A DNA stretch of 64,000 nt. Origin: Dehalococcoidia bacterium. GTDB taxonomy: Bacteria; Chloroflexota; Dehalococcoidia; Lucifugimonadales; UBA3495. Positions 9,283 to 17,432 of this stretch are shown piece by piece. Where the stretch lies: assembly GCA_965221385.1 (NCBI GenBank), contig OZ244885.1, positions 1,088,643 through 1,152,642 on the forward strand, read 5' to 3'. The translations under genes and the position numbers were made by a program. The notes under the pieces were generated by a model. That model had not been told where the DNA came from. It did no database searches and saw only the letters and a list, made by a program, of their open reading frames with translations. Position 1 is the stretch's first letter; each line of letters begins with the position of its first letter.

Positions 9283-10155
9283 CTAGTTTCGCCACAGGCC
9301 GTAGGTGAGAAACCGCCGGAGTTTCAGCATCTTGCGGTCCCTGATCACTTCGTCGAGGGCCTCACTTCGGCGCCGGACCTCCTGGCGCCGGTCACCCCAG
9401 TCCCAAGGATAAGTTGCCGGGGGCAGGGTGAGCTCGTGCTTCCCTATCAGCTCAATCTCCAGCTCCAACCACCGCTCCCTGGCGTTCAGGCGGTCAAGGG
9501 AGTTCATGCAATGGCCAACGGCGTCCCGAGCTTCACGCCAAGCGACGATGACCTCCGTGGCCGCGCTGCCGTACACCAGCTCCTCGCCCGGTTCAGGCTC
9601 CGCCGTAACCAGGTCGTCGTAGTCCCGCCGGAGCCGCTCGGTCATCGGCTTCCGGGGCGCGGACTGTGGGACCGACGTCGGTTTCGCTGAGTCTCGGTCC
9701 ACCGCTTCCAATGGCGCCAGCCGTTTCGCCAACTCAGCCAGCGCTTCGGCTTGCCGTTCTTCCGCCGCCCGCGCCTCCTTCCTCAACGTCTCCAATTCCT
9801 CCCGAAACTGCCGCTCCAACTCCGCCAGCCCATCCTCCAGCTCACCCAGCCGATGCCTCAGGGCCGACGCCGCCGACCCGCCACCCTCCAATAGGCGCCT
9901 TTCCAACGCCCCAGCCAGCGTGGGCGTCAGCCGGCGGGACTCCTCGTACCGCGTCAATGTCCGGGGGTTAACTCCCAGGACATCCGCCGTCCGGGTCTTG
10001 CCATGCTCTTCAATCAGATCAGACAGCAGGGCTGTCAGCCGCATTTCCCGCAGGCTGTCGAGGCTGCGCGTGGCATCAGGGTACTGGTCGGCCTCCTCAA
10101 CCTCACTGCCCTCCTCGTTGGACAACTGTCGGATTTCAAAGCTGTCACTGTCCAA
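9283..10155 (-). CDS. HTH/coiled-coil regulator-like protein (diverged paralog of 26711..27655)
   Basis: Shared blocks: ..RLTALL.., TADVLGVNPRTLTRY (HTH-like), a long heptad-like ELE/RQ region, and C-terminal HELTLPP...W. TTG start in the track, so the start is uncertain. Confidence 0.65.
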   Translation of the reverse strand: MDSDSFEIRQLSNEEGSEVEEADQYPDATRSLDSLREMRLTALLSDLIEEHGKTRTADVLGVNPRTLTRYEESRRLTPTLAGALERRLLEGGGSAASALRHRLGELEDGLAELERQFREELETLRKEARAAEERQAEALAELAKRLAPLEAVDRDSAKPTSVPQSAPRKPMTERLRRDYDDLVTAEPEPGEELVYGSAATEVIVAWREARDAVGHCMNSLDRLNARERWLELEIELIGKHELTLPPATYPWDWGDRRQEVRRRSEALDEVIRDRKMLKLRRFLTYGLWRN

Positions 10156-10211
10156 TTCATGCCTCCCATGCCGTTGGACAACTGTCCGATTTCAAAGCTG
10201 GCGCTGTCCAA
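10116..10211. promoter_or_regulatory. Two 40-bp direct repeats (10116..10155, 10172..10211) built from TTGGACA/TGTCCAA inverted half-sites; third partial site 10303..10317
   Basis: CGTTGGACAACTGTC(C)GGATTTCAAAGCTG.C.CTGTCCAA occurs twice with a 56-bp period, overlapping the 5' end of and lying upstream of gene 9283..10155. Confidence 0.5.
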
Positions 10212-10545
10212 CGGGGCTGGAATATGTCCGACACAACGGACGCCTTCCGCCAACGTCCGATAGGGGCTGATTTCCCTTGATTTCAGGTTCAGACGGACAG
10301 CATTGGACAACTGTCCATGAAGTCCAAATCCCTGTACACGGGTATGACGCCATTTCGGCCCCCGCCGATCCCATGCCCTATAAGGGATGACGCCGGCGTC
10401 ACCCCTTATAGGGCATTCCGCCGGGCCTGCCCCTTGGTCAGACTTGCATCTCGAACATCTGGTCTTTAATCGGCCATCGGGAGGCAAACATGTTCTGGGG
10501 CTTTCATTTCAGACCCGGCGCGGGGCGGCGGCTGGCCACGCCAGC

Positions 10546-10606
10546 CCATTTCATTCATGTAGGCCCTTTCGAGGGATTACGCTCGACGGCTTACCAGGGC
10601 AAACTG
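10546..10606 (-). promoter_or_regulatory. Copy of the ~60-bp conserved motif (see 13778..13848 and 26361..26417), upstream of the small ORF/recombinase genes
   Basis: The reverse complement reads CAGTTTGCCCTGGTAAGCCGTCGAGCGTAATCCCTCGAAAGGGCCTACATGAATGAAATGG and aligns to 13789..13848. Confidence 0.5.
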
Positions 10607-10650
10607 AGAAAAGTACCCCAAACCATCAGAACACGGGAGGTGATCAATTC

Positions 10651-10836
10651 GTGAGTACAAATCCTCGGCTGACCCAGGAACAGGAAGAGATTCAGTTGAG
10701 CGGGCTACGGATACTGGCCCGTATCGTCGCTCGCCATTACCTGTCTAACCCGGAACTCTATCCCGTGCCGGAAGGCAACGGTGGCCCCGACAATTCCAGC
10801 GGCATGGAGAACTCGAAGGAGGAAGATCCTCCATGA
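10651..10836 (+). CDS. Small hypothetical protein preceding the recombinase (analog of 13480..13725)
   Basis: GTG start 9 nt after GGGAGG. ..LRILARIVARHYL.. resembles ..LRRIFTLLAKHI.. in the element B counterpart at the same relative position. Confidence 0.4.
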   Translation: MSTNPRLTQEQEEIQLSGLRILARIVARHYLSNPELYPVPEGNGGPDNSSGMENSKEEDPP

Positions 10837-11011
10837 CCTGAAGCTACTCTATGGGCAGGGACCGGCTGCCCGCCCTGATCCACCCCCAGACCCACTTGAT
10901 GGACGGCGCCTGCCGTCCATCCTTCAACCAGCGATTGACGAAATTCCTTGGATCGGAGATGATAAGAGTAAGACTCGTTAGCATTGCATAAGGCAAAAAG
11001 AGAGAGCCGCC

Positions 11012-11239
11012 ATGCCCGTCAAGCCCAGGAACACCGTGACCATCACCTTCTCGCTGTCCTCAGACCAGGCGGAGGAGCTGAAAGAGGTGGCGTGGGAGGA
11101 GCAGCGCTCGGTCAGCGAACTGCTCCGCGAGGCCTTCCGGCTATACTTGGAAGAAAGGGAATGGCGGATTCGAGAACGAATGGCCCGGCGCCGGCGCCGG
11201 CGGCCCAAGCCAATTGAAGAGGAGGACATCCATGAGTGA
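11012..11239 (+). CDS. Ribbon-helix-helix (CopG/Arc-like) DNA-binding protein
   Basis: N-terminal beta strand TVTITFSL, then two helices (DQAEELKEVAWEEQRSVSELLREAFRLYL) and a basic tail; overlaps the recombinase start. Confidence 0.7.
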   Translation: MPVKPRNTVTITFSLSSDQAEELKEVAWEEQRSVSELLREAFRLYLEEREWRIRERMARRRRRRPKPIEEEDIHE

Positions 11240-11654
11240 AATCACGCAATTGACCCCCGTAGCCCTCTACGCCCGTGTCTCCAGCGACCGCCAGGACGTG
11301 GACCTGTCGGTGTCCGCCCAATTGAGAGCCCTCCGAGACTATGCCGAGAGGAACGGTTACGCCATCGCCCGCGAGTACGTGGACGAGGCCGAGAGCGGGC
11401 GCGTCGCTGACCGGCCCCAGTTCCGCACGATGCTGGAGGAAGCAGGGAAAGCCGACGCTCCCTTCAAGGAGATCTTAGTTTGGAAGTTCTCTCGCTTCAC
11501 CCGCAAGCGGGAACACGCCGTGGCCTTCAAGTCAATGCTCCGGCGCAAGGGTGTCCGCGTGGTGTCCATCACCGAGCACGCCGACGACTCTCCCACCGGC
11601 AAACTGATGGAGGCCATCATTGAGTCTGTGGACGAATTTTACTCAGAAAATCTG
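11232..11654 (+). pseudogene. Element A large serine recombinase, N-terminal resolvase-domain fragment (continues at 52776)
   Basis: VALYARVSSDRQD catalytic-Ser motif; ends ..IIESVDEFYSENL and then reads into foreign sequence (IPEAQST..*). The continuation AQEVVRGMREAASRGF is found at 52779. Confidence 0.85.
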
Positions 11655-13233
11655 ATACCGGAGGCGCAATCGACGCCAAATCTCCCGTTGGTATCGACAG
11701 AGAGAACGTGAGATTGTTTTCCCGGTCGATGGTCACCTCTTCCAGAAGAATCCGCAGCAACTCTCGCCTCTGATCCTGGGTCAGCTCGTCCAGCCCGTCG
11801 CCCATCCGTCCCGCCCACTCCAGCACCCGCTCCGCCAGCGCCACCTGCCCTGCTTGGGCCGACTCCCTGGCCTTGCAGTCGTCCAGCCTCCTCCGGGCCG
11901 TCTCCAACCTCTCGGTGATGAACTTCCGCTGGTGGTCCAGCTGAGCCTCGCTGATTTTTCCCGACACGAACAGCCGGATGGCCCGGTCCTCCTCCAGCTG
12001 CACCTTCTCCAACTCTCGCTCTGCCCTGACCAACTCCTCGCTCGTTCCGTCCTCTTCCTGCTCCCCCAAAGCCTCAATGCCAGCCACAATCAGGTCGGGC
12101 TTGGCCAACACCCCCTTGACCTGCTCCCAGACCCTCTCCTCCAGCCGCTCCGCCCGGATCATGGTGTGCTCCCGGCATCCGGTCTGGAAGTGCTGCACCC
12201 CGTAGCATTTGTAATAGCGGCGCGGCACTTCCAAGTCGTACTTGTAAACCTTGTCGCCGTGCTTGACAGTCCGCTTCCTCGTTGCCATGCAGCCCATGAG
12301 CATCCCGCACTCGGTGCAGCGCACCAAGTGTTGCAGCAGGTAGAAGATCTTGGTGTTGCGTCCGGAATAGGTCTTGCGCTTGGTCCGCATTTCCTGGCAC
12401 CGGTCCCAAGTCTCCGCGTCGATGATGGCCGGAAAGGGGATGCCGATCCAGTTCCGGGGGTCCTGCTCATAGACCTTGATGCCGTCCTCGGTGGAGACGT
12501 AGCGAGCCCGCCCGTACCACCAGGTGCCCTTGTATGCCTCGTTGGTCAGGATGCGGTGAATCTGGCCATCCCACCAGCGCTTTCCGTCCCGACCCATAGG
12601 AACCCCCTCGGCGGCGAGCCGTTGCCCGATCACCCTTGCTCCCAACCCTTCTTCAACGCACCAGCGATACATTCGGCGCACCACTTCGGCCTCTTCCTCG
12701 ACGATCTCCGGCCTCATGTCGTCGCCGACGCGGTAGCCGTAGGGAACGTTGGAGACCGGGATGCGTCCGGCTTTGGCGGCGCCCCGCTTGCCCATGGACG
12801 CCCGTTCCCGGAAGTTGTCCAGCTCGATCTTCCCGATCGCGGCCATGAGACCAAAGGTCTTCATGTCGATGGAGTCCATGACGGCCCGCAGGCTGATGTG
12901 GCTGGCCTCAATGACCTCCATCAGGGCGGCGGCGGGGTACATCCCCCGGCTGAGGCGGTCCGACTTCCAGCAGACGATGACGTCGAATTTGCCCTGCTTG
13001 GCGTCGTTGAGCATCTTCTGGAACTGGTTGCGCTTCTTGGACCAGCCCTGTCCAACCTCTTGGTAGCGGGCGACGATGGTCAGATCATTACGCTCGCAGT
13101 AGGCTTCCATGTCACTGGTCTGTTCGGCGATGGAGGTCTTGTCCTCGGCGTCCTGGCTCTTGTCGGAGACGCGGGCGTAGATGGCGGCGCGGTTGCCCTC
13201 GGACTTCTGCTTCTTCACTTTGGTTCCTGGCAT
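11617..13233 (-). CDS. Large serine recombinase (integrase) of element B
   Basis: AAIYARVSDKSQD resolvase motif, a recombinase domain, a zinc-ribbon-like CTECG..C..C segment and a coiled coil. The last ~12 codons (11617..11654) lie in element A sequence. Confidence 0.9.
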   Translation of the reverse strand: MPGTKVKKQKSEGNRAAIYARVSDKSQDAEDKTSIAEQTSDMEAYCERNDLTIVARYQEVGQGWSKKRNQFQKMLNDAKQGKFDVIVCWKSDRLSRGMYPAAALMEVIEASHISLRAVMDSIDMKTFGLMAAIGKIELDNFRERASMGKRGAAKAGRIPVSNVPYGYRVGDDMRPEIVEEEAEVVRRMYRWCVEEGLGARVIGQRLAAEGVPMGRDGKRWWDGQIHRILTNEAYKGTWWYGRARYVSTEDGIKVYEQDPRNWIGIPFPAIIDAETWDRCQEMRTKRKTYSGRNTKIFYLLQHLVRCTECGMLMGCMATRKRTVKHGDKVYKYDLEVPRRYYKCYGVQHFQTGCREHTMIRAERLEERVWEQVKGVLAKPDLIVAGIEALGEQEEDGTSEELVRAERELEKVQLEEDRAIRLFVSGKISEAQLDHQRKFITERLETARRRLDDCKARESAQAGQVALAERVLEWAGRMGDGLDELTQDQRRELLRILLEEVTIDRENNLTFSLSIPTGDLASIAPPVSDFLSKIRPQTQ

Positions 13234-13479
13234 ACTCGTTCACCTCCACTCGGTTCTAAACCTGGTATCTATCGGCTGAAAACAGAACAGACCCGCCCTC
13301 TGCCGAAAGCGGGTCTGCGAGTAGTACAATACTGCCGCAACACCTGGTTCGTGCAGGTGAGGCCACGGCCCGGGGCGTTGACGCGCCGCCGGGCCAACCT
13401 GTTGAGGGCATGATACATATCGGGGGCGCCGTAGTCAAAGCCCCGGCGCTCACTCGTAAGCCGGCTAGGTCGTAGCCGG

Positions 13480-13725
13480 TCAGGACTTCTCTTCATCTCC
13501 GCTGTCTTCCCTACAGGACATAGCGTTCACCTCCTCGCTGCTTAGGCGTCGCTCAACGTCGGCGATAGGCTCATCCCAATCGATGTGCTTGGCCAGCAGG
13601 GTGAAGATTCGACGCAGGCGGTCCTGGGCGTCGGGTGCAGGATTGAAGCGGACTTCTACCACTTCAAATTCGGGAAGCTCCCGGCGGTTGGTTTTGGGTT
13701 TCCTGTTCTTTCCGGTTTGTAGCAA
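13480..13725 (-). CDS. Small hypothetical protein upstream of the element B recombinase
   Basis: TTG start 6 nt after GGAGGAG; in frame with track ORF 13480..13911; positional analog of 10651..10836. Confidence 0.35.
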   Translation of the reverse strand: MLQTGKNRKPKTNRRELPEFEVVEVRFNPAPDAQDRLRRIFTLLAKHIDWDEPIADVERRLSSEEVNAMSCREDSGDEEKS

Positions 13726-13777
13726 TGGCGTCTCCTCCGGGATTGAGCGTAACCGGGAATGCGATGTTGAAACGCGC

Positions 13778-13848
13778 GTTCTACAACCAGTTTGGACTGG
13801 TAGGGGATCGGGGGTAATCCCCTGAAGGGGGTTACATGAATGCAATGG
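13778..13848 (+). promoter_or_regulatory. Conserved motif, left copy in element B (GTTCTACAACCAGTTTGG ... GTAATCCCCTGAAGGGGGTTAC hairpin ... ACATGAATGCAATGG)
   Basis: Direct repeat of 26361..26417 and inverted homolog of 10546..10606; contains imperfect hairpin 13814..13835. Confidence 0.5.
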
Positions 13849-13967
13849 TCCGACTTGACCTGGCGCCGGGTGAGAGGGGAGAAGGGCAATAGGCGAAGAG
13901 GCCAGCGCCATGCCCTATAGGAGGGAGCGACGCCAGCCTTGTAGTTGGTAACTCGTAACGCGCCGGC

Positions 13968-14234
13968 TCAACGCCGGCGGGCGTTCCGGGCGGTGGGGAG
14001 CAGGTGTCCCAGGCCCATGCCATCGGCCAGGTCCTGTAGGGCCAGCAGGTGCTCGGCGTTGGGTTGGACGCCACGTTTGCGCCACCGCCACAGGTTGATG
14101 GGGTTGATGCCCAACCGCCGGGACAGGTCCGCCCAGCTCAGGCCCGAGGCTGCCTGAAATTCCTCCAGACCCTGGGCGAAGTCGCCGGTCAGCCGGTAGT
14201 CCGCCCGCCGGTCTTTCACACGTTTGCGCGACAT
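13968..14234 (-). CDS. Small HTH DNA-binding protein
   Basis: ..ASGLSWADLSRRLGINPINLWRWRKRG.. helix-turn-helix pattern. Confidence 0.65.
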   Translation of the reverse strand: MSRKRVKDRRADYRLTGDFAQGLEEFQAASGLSWADLSRRLGINPINLWRWRKRGVQPNAEHLLALQDLADGMGLGHLLPTARNARRR

Positions 14235-14623
14235 GGCTTCATCCCTCCGCCCAGGGTGTCAAGGAAGTCCTCGCCCATGAGGATCTGCAGGCCGCCGGGT
14301 ATCCAGGCCGCCAGTTCCACCAGGGAGTGGTAGGCTCCGCCGCATGGCTCCGCGCCAGTTTTCCAGCGCATCACCTGCTTGGGTTCCACCCCCACGGCGT
14401 CGGCGAATCCCTCCCAAGTCAGGCCGCTGGCCTGCTTCAGGCGGGTCAACCGCTTGGAGAAGTCCACGGGCAGCTCACCACTGCCCTGGGGAGCCGGTCG
14501 GCCGTCAATCAGGGGAACGCCGGGGTTGACGGGCAGCCTGGGTTCACTATTCCTGCCGCTCGTGGTCTTGCTCTGGGTGTTGCAGGGTGAATAACTCATG
14601 GAAGTCCTCCATTTCCAGGGCAT
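14216..14623 (-). CDS. Small HTH DNA-binding protein (paralog of 13968..14234)
   Basis: ..ASGLTWEGFADAVGVEPKQVMRWKTG..; alternative ATG at 14599. Confidence 0.6.
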   Translation of the reverse strand: MPWKWRTSMSYSPCNTQSKTTSGRNSEPRLPVNPGVPLIDGRPAPQGSGELPVDFSKRLTRLKQASGLTWEGFADAVGVEPKQVMRWKTGAEPCGGAYHSLVELAAWIPGGLQILMGEDFLDTLGGGMKPCRANV

Positions 14624-14840
14624 TCAGCATCCGGCGTCGCACCCGCCCCGAGGGAGCCGCGCCGTGGTTGATCAGGTAGGACAGGTAGGTGGGTGTGATG
14701 CCCACCTGCCCGGCCAGCCAGTTCTGGGAACGGCCCAGCAGGGCCAGGCGGTTCCAGAGGGCGTGGGAGTTGAGCCGGATGCTGGGTCGTTTCACGGGTG
14801 TGGCAGTCCTGTGGTAGATTAAGCGTTGCATATTCGGCAT
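14547..14840 (-). CDS. XRE-type HTH protein
   Basis: ..LLGRSQNWLAGQVGITPTYLSYLINHG.. Confidence 0.65.
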   Translation of the reverse strand: MPNMQRLIYHRTATPVKRPSIRLNSHALWNRLALLGRSQNWLAGQVGITPTYLSYLINHGAAPSGRVRRRMLNALEMEDFHELFTLQHPEQDHERQE

Positions 14841-14935
14841 TGTAAGCAGTGGCGTTTTGCGTTGTCAAGAACATCTGTGCTAGTATGGCAGCCGCAATCC
14901 ATACGCAATTCCAATCACAAGGAGAAAATCACGCC

Positions 14936-15304
14936 ATGGCCAAGGACCGAGGCTACCAATGGACGGAATTAGGCGCTCGCATCAAGGAGGCCAGGCTCCA
15001 GACCGGTCTCACCCAGAAAGAGCTGAGCCATCTGATGGGGGTCAGCCCCCATGCCGTGTGGTCCTGGGAGTCTGGAAAGATGCGTCCCACCCCGGAACGC
15101 CTGCTGGAACTGGCCCAGCACTGCCAGACCAGCACTGACCGGCTGCTGGGCCGGGAGTTCCTGGAGGAGGAGATCATGAAGGAAATGGACATCTCCTTCC
15201 GCCGGGCCATTGAGGGCCTCCCCGTGGAGGACCTGGAATCGATACGGAACTTCATCCAGTTCGTGCGCACGGAACGAACGCGCAAGAATCGGGCGGGCCT
15301 ATGA
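14936..15304 (+). CDS. XRE-family repressor (ImmR-like)
   Basis: ATG 11 nt after AAGGAG; ARLQTGLTQKELSHLMGVSPHAVWSWESG; ATGA overlap with the downstream ImmA-like gene. Confidence 0.8.
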   Translation: MAKDRGYQWTELGARIKEARLQTGLTQKELSHLMGVSPHAVWSWESGKMRPTPERLLELAQHCQTSTDRLLGREFLEEEIMKEMDISFRRAIEGLPVEDLESIRNFIQFVRTERTRKNRAGL

Positions 15305-15744
15305 CAGCCGGGTATATGAGCCGCGCCATGCGCAAGGGCGCGGAGCTGCGGCGGAAACTGAGGTGGCGAGGAGAGGTGGATGCTGAGCACGTGGCGCACA
15401 TCCTGGGCCTGACGGTAATCTCCTGGCCGATGCAGGTGCAGGAGGAGTTGCAGGTGGACGGTTATGTGGCCGTGGCCGAGCGGCTGGACTCCCGTTGGCG
15501 GCGTTGGGTAATCGCCCATGCCATCGGACACCGGCTGATGCACCCGGGCAATCACATGTTGATGCGGGCCAACACCTGGCTGGGCCACCAGGTCGAGCGG
15601 GAGGCCGAGGACTTCGCGGCGGGCCTGCTGATGGACGCCGACGAAGCCCTGGCCGAGGGACTGACCCGGGCCTGGGAGATCGCCGAGTACTTCGGCGTTC
15701 CCGAGGAGGTGGTGAGGCTTCAGCCCGCCATGCGGCTGGAATAG
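15301..15744 (+). CDS. ImmA/IrrE-family metallopeptidase-like protein with HAIGH in place of HExxH
   Basis: Translationally coupled to the XRE repressor; WVIAHAIGHRLMH at 15505..15543 occupies the place of the zinc-binding motif. Confidence 0.7.
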   Translation: MTAGYMSRAMRKGAELRRKLRWRGEVDAEHVAHILGLTVISWPMQVQEELQVDGYVAVAERLDSRWRRWVIAHAIGHRLMHPGNHMLMRANTWLGHQVEREAEDFAAGLLMDADEALAEGLTRAWEIAEYFGVPEEVVRLQPAMRLE

Positions 15745-15788
15745 TCGGCTATTCGACATCCTTCCTTTGTCCCCTTTCATCATCCGGG

Positions 15789-17432
15789 TCAACCCTCCGT
15801 CAGAAACTGGCGCAGTTCCCAACTGCCCGGCCCATGCCAGGCGGCGCCCATCGGCCCTTCCTTTTCCAAATCCTTACGGCAGGCGACCCACAGGGGAATC
15901 TTCACCCGGTTTCGGGCCATCTCCCGTTGCGCCAGCCGGTGGAAGTGTCCGGCGGCCAGTTCGTCTTCGAAAGCCACCAGTACCAGCGGGACCATGCCGT
16001 GGTCGTCCAACGGTCGGTTGGTTGAGTAGTAGCGGAGGTACGGCGCGAGCCGGGCTGACATGGTGGCCGGCCTGATGGCCCGGCGCTCCCATTCCAAGAA
16101 GAAGGAACGGACTGTGTTGCCGTTCCTGAGGGTTCCGAAGGCGTCGGGATGGATGGAGCGCAGGCGGCCCTGTTGCCGGTAGTGGCGCGACGCCCGGTGG
16201 GGCGGGTCCAACTGCTCGACGCTCCAGCCCAAGCCCTTGGACTGCCTGACAAGGGCCGCGACGAACTCGTGGACGGCGGCGGTGTGCTCCACGTTGCGCA
16301 GCAACTGTCGAGTCCTTCTGCCGGAGAAGTTCCGCCAGGACTCCGGCATCTGTGAATCAGCATCCTCCGCGCTCCACCGATGCTTCGCCATTCCAACGGC
16401 CGCCCGGTCCCGCCGGGCCAGGTGTGACAAGCCCCGGTCGGTCAGGGCCAGCCGTCGGCCCTGGATGGAGACGACCCGGTACAGCCCGGCGTCGGACAGG
16501 ATTCCCAAGAGTTGGTACATACGGGAGCGGGACACGCCCAGCAGCTCCCGCAATTCCTTGGCGGTGACGCCGGGCCAGTCGGCGATCAGGTCCAAGGCCC
16601 GCTTCGCGGTGGGCGCAATCAGCGGCGGGAGCAGCCAGTCCAGCGCGGGGTGATCCGACGGCGGCAGGTCCCGGGGGAGCGCCACCCGCGCCGGTGGCGA
16701 CTCCGTAGGCAACTCTCCTCCACCGGCCAACAGAGCCAGGATGCGGTTCATGGCCAGAGGCGCGGGCGTTGACGGCATACGCCAAATCCGATCCTGGGGT
16801 CCGGCCCAAGCCGCGTACCGCTCCAGGGCCAAGAACGTCGGGGTGAATCCGCCCGCCAGAATCCGGCGGGCGTGGCGGAGCCTGGTTTCGTCGGAGGCCA
16901 GCAGCAGCAGAGCATCGGGAAGCGGCCCCGCTTTCAGCTTGGTCAGCCGCTTGGCGAAGGCGGTCCGGTCCGTGAAGGCTCCCTGCCGTATGATGCCGAT
17001 GCTCCTCCCGTCGGCCAGCCTCATGGCGGCGTCCAGGGATCCGGACCGGTACCAGCGCCACCCGCCCAGGCCTTGCTCGGCGGCGGTGATCGCCGCCGCC
17101 ACCCGGTAGATGACCGCCACCCCGTCCAGCCGCTCCAGCAGGATGCGGCGCCACTGCTCCGACACGGGCCTGCCCTGAAGTAGCTGATGCAAGGCCATCC
17201 TGTCCAGTTGCGCCAGGGCGTTCACCCCGTCGGCGGTGAGGCAGTAGCGGCGGGTGGGTGAAACCAGGGGCGAGGCGTGGGATATGGAGACTGCCAAGCC
17301 GCCCCGTTCCAGGTCGGCCATGGCGTCGTAAACCGCGACCTTGGAGCGGCCGGAGACCGTGGCGGCCTCCAGCCGGTCCAGGAGGGGCACGTGCGACAAC
17401 AACCGCAGCATCTCCCCTACTACTGTTCTCAT
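15789..17432 (-). CDS. Replication-relaxation family protein, two tandem modules (candidate relaxase)
   Basis: NVEHTAAVHEFVAAL .. IHPDAFGTL .. FFLEWERR pattern as I recall it for the Replic_Relax family; wHTH segments; ATGA overlap with the coupling protein gene. Confidence 0.65.
   Translation of the reverse strand: MRTVVGEMLRLLSHVPLLDRLEAATVSGRSKVAVYDAMADLERGGLAVSISHASPLVSPTRRYCLTADGVNALAQLDRMALHQLLQGRPVSEQWRRILLERLDGVAVIYRVAAAITAAEQGLGGWRWYRSGSLDAAMRLADGRSIGIIRQGAFTDRTAFAKRLTKLKAGPLPDALLLLASDETRLRHARRILAGGFTPTFLALERYAAWAGPQDRIWRMPSTPAPLAMNRILALLAGGGELPTESPPARVALPRDLPPSDHPALDWLLPPLIAPTAKRALDLIADWPGVTAKELRELLGVSRSRMYQLLGILSDAGLYRVVSIQGRRLALTDRGLSHLARRDRAAVGMAKHRWSAEDADSQMPESWRNFSGRRTRQLLRNVEHTAAVHEFVAALVRQSKGLGWSVEQLDPPHRASRHYRQQGRLRSIHPDAFGTLRNGNTVRSFFLEWERRAIRPATMSARLAPYLRYYSTNRPLDDHGMVPLVLVAFEDELAAGHFHRLAQREMARNRVKIPLWVACRKDLEKEGPMGAAWHGPGSWELRQFLTEG

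Larger units (their letters stand above)
1..11654. mobile_element. Integrated element A, partial (runs off the left edge); its right-hand remainder is 52776..~53935, displaced by the element B insertion
   Basis: Replication/recombination module paralogous to element B; RHH and large serine recombinase genes at the tRNA-proximal end; the recombinase frame continues exactly at 52776; the element ends at tRNA-Lys. Confidence 0.7.

Noticed and set aside
11854-13413. 519-aa plus-strand ORF
   Set aside because: It is antisense to the element B serine recombinase, which has clear catalytic motifs. The composition is Leu/Pro/Gly/Val shadow-frame-like.
13256-13496. Small ORFs 13256..13453 and 13269..13496 between the small ORF and the recombinase
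   Set aside because: They are overlapping and Arg-rich, with no RBS and no counterpart in element A.
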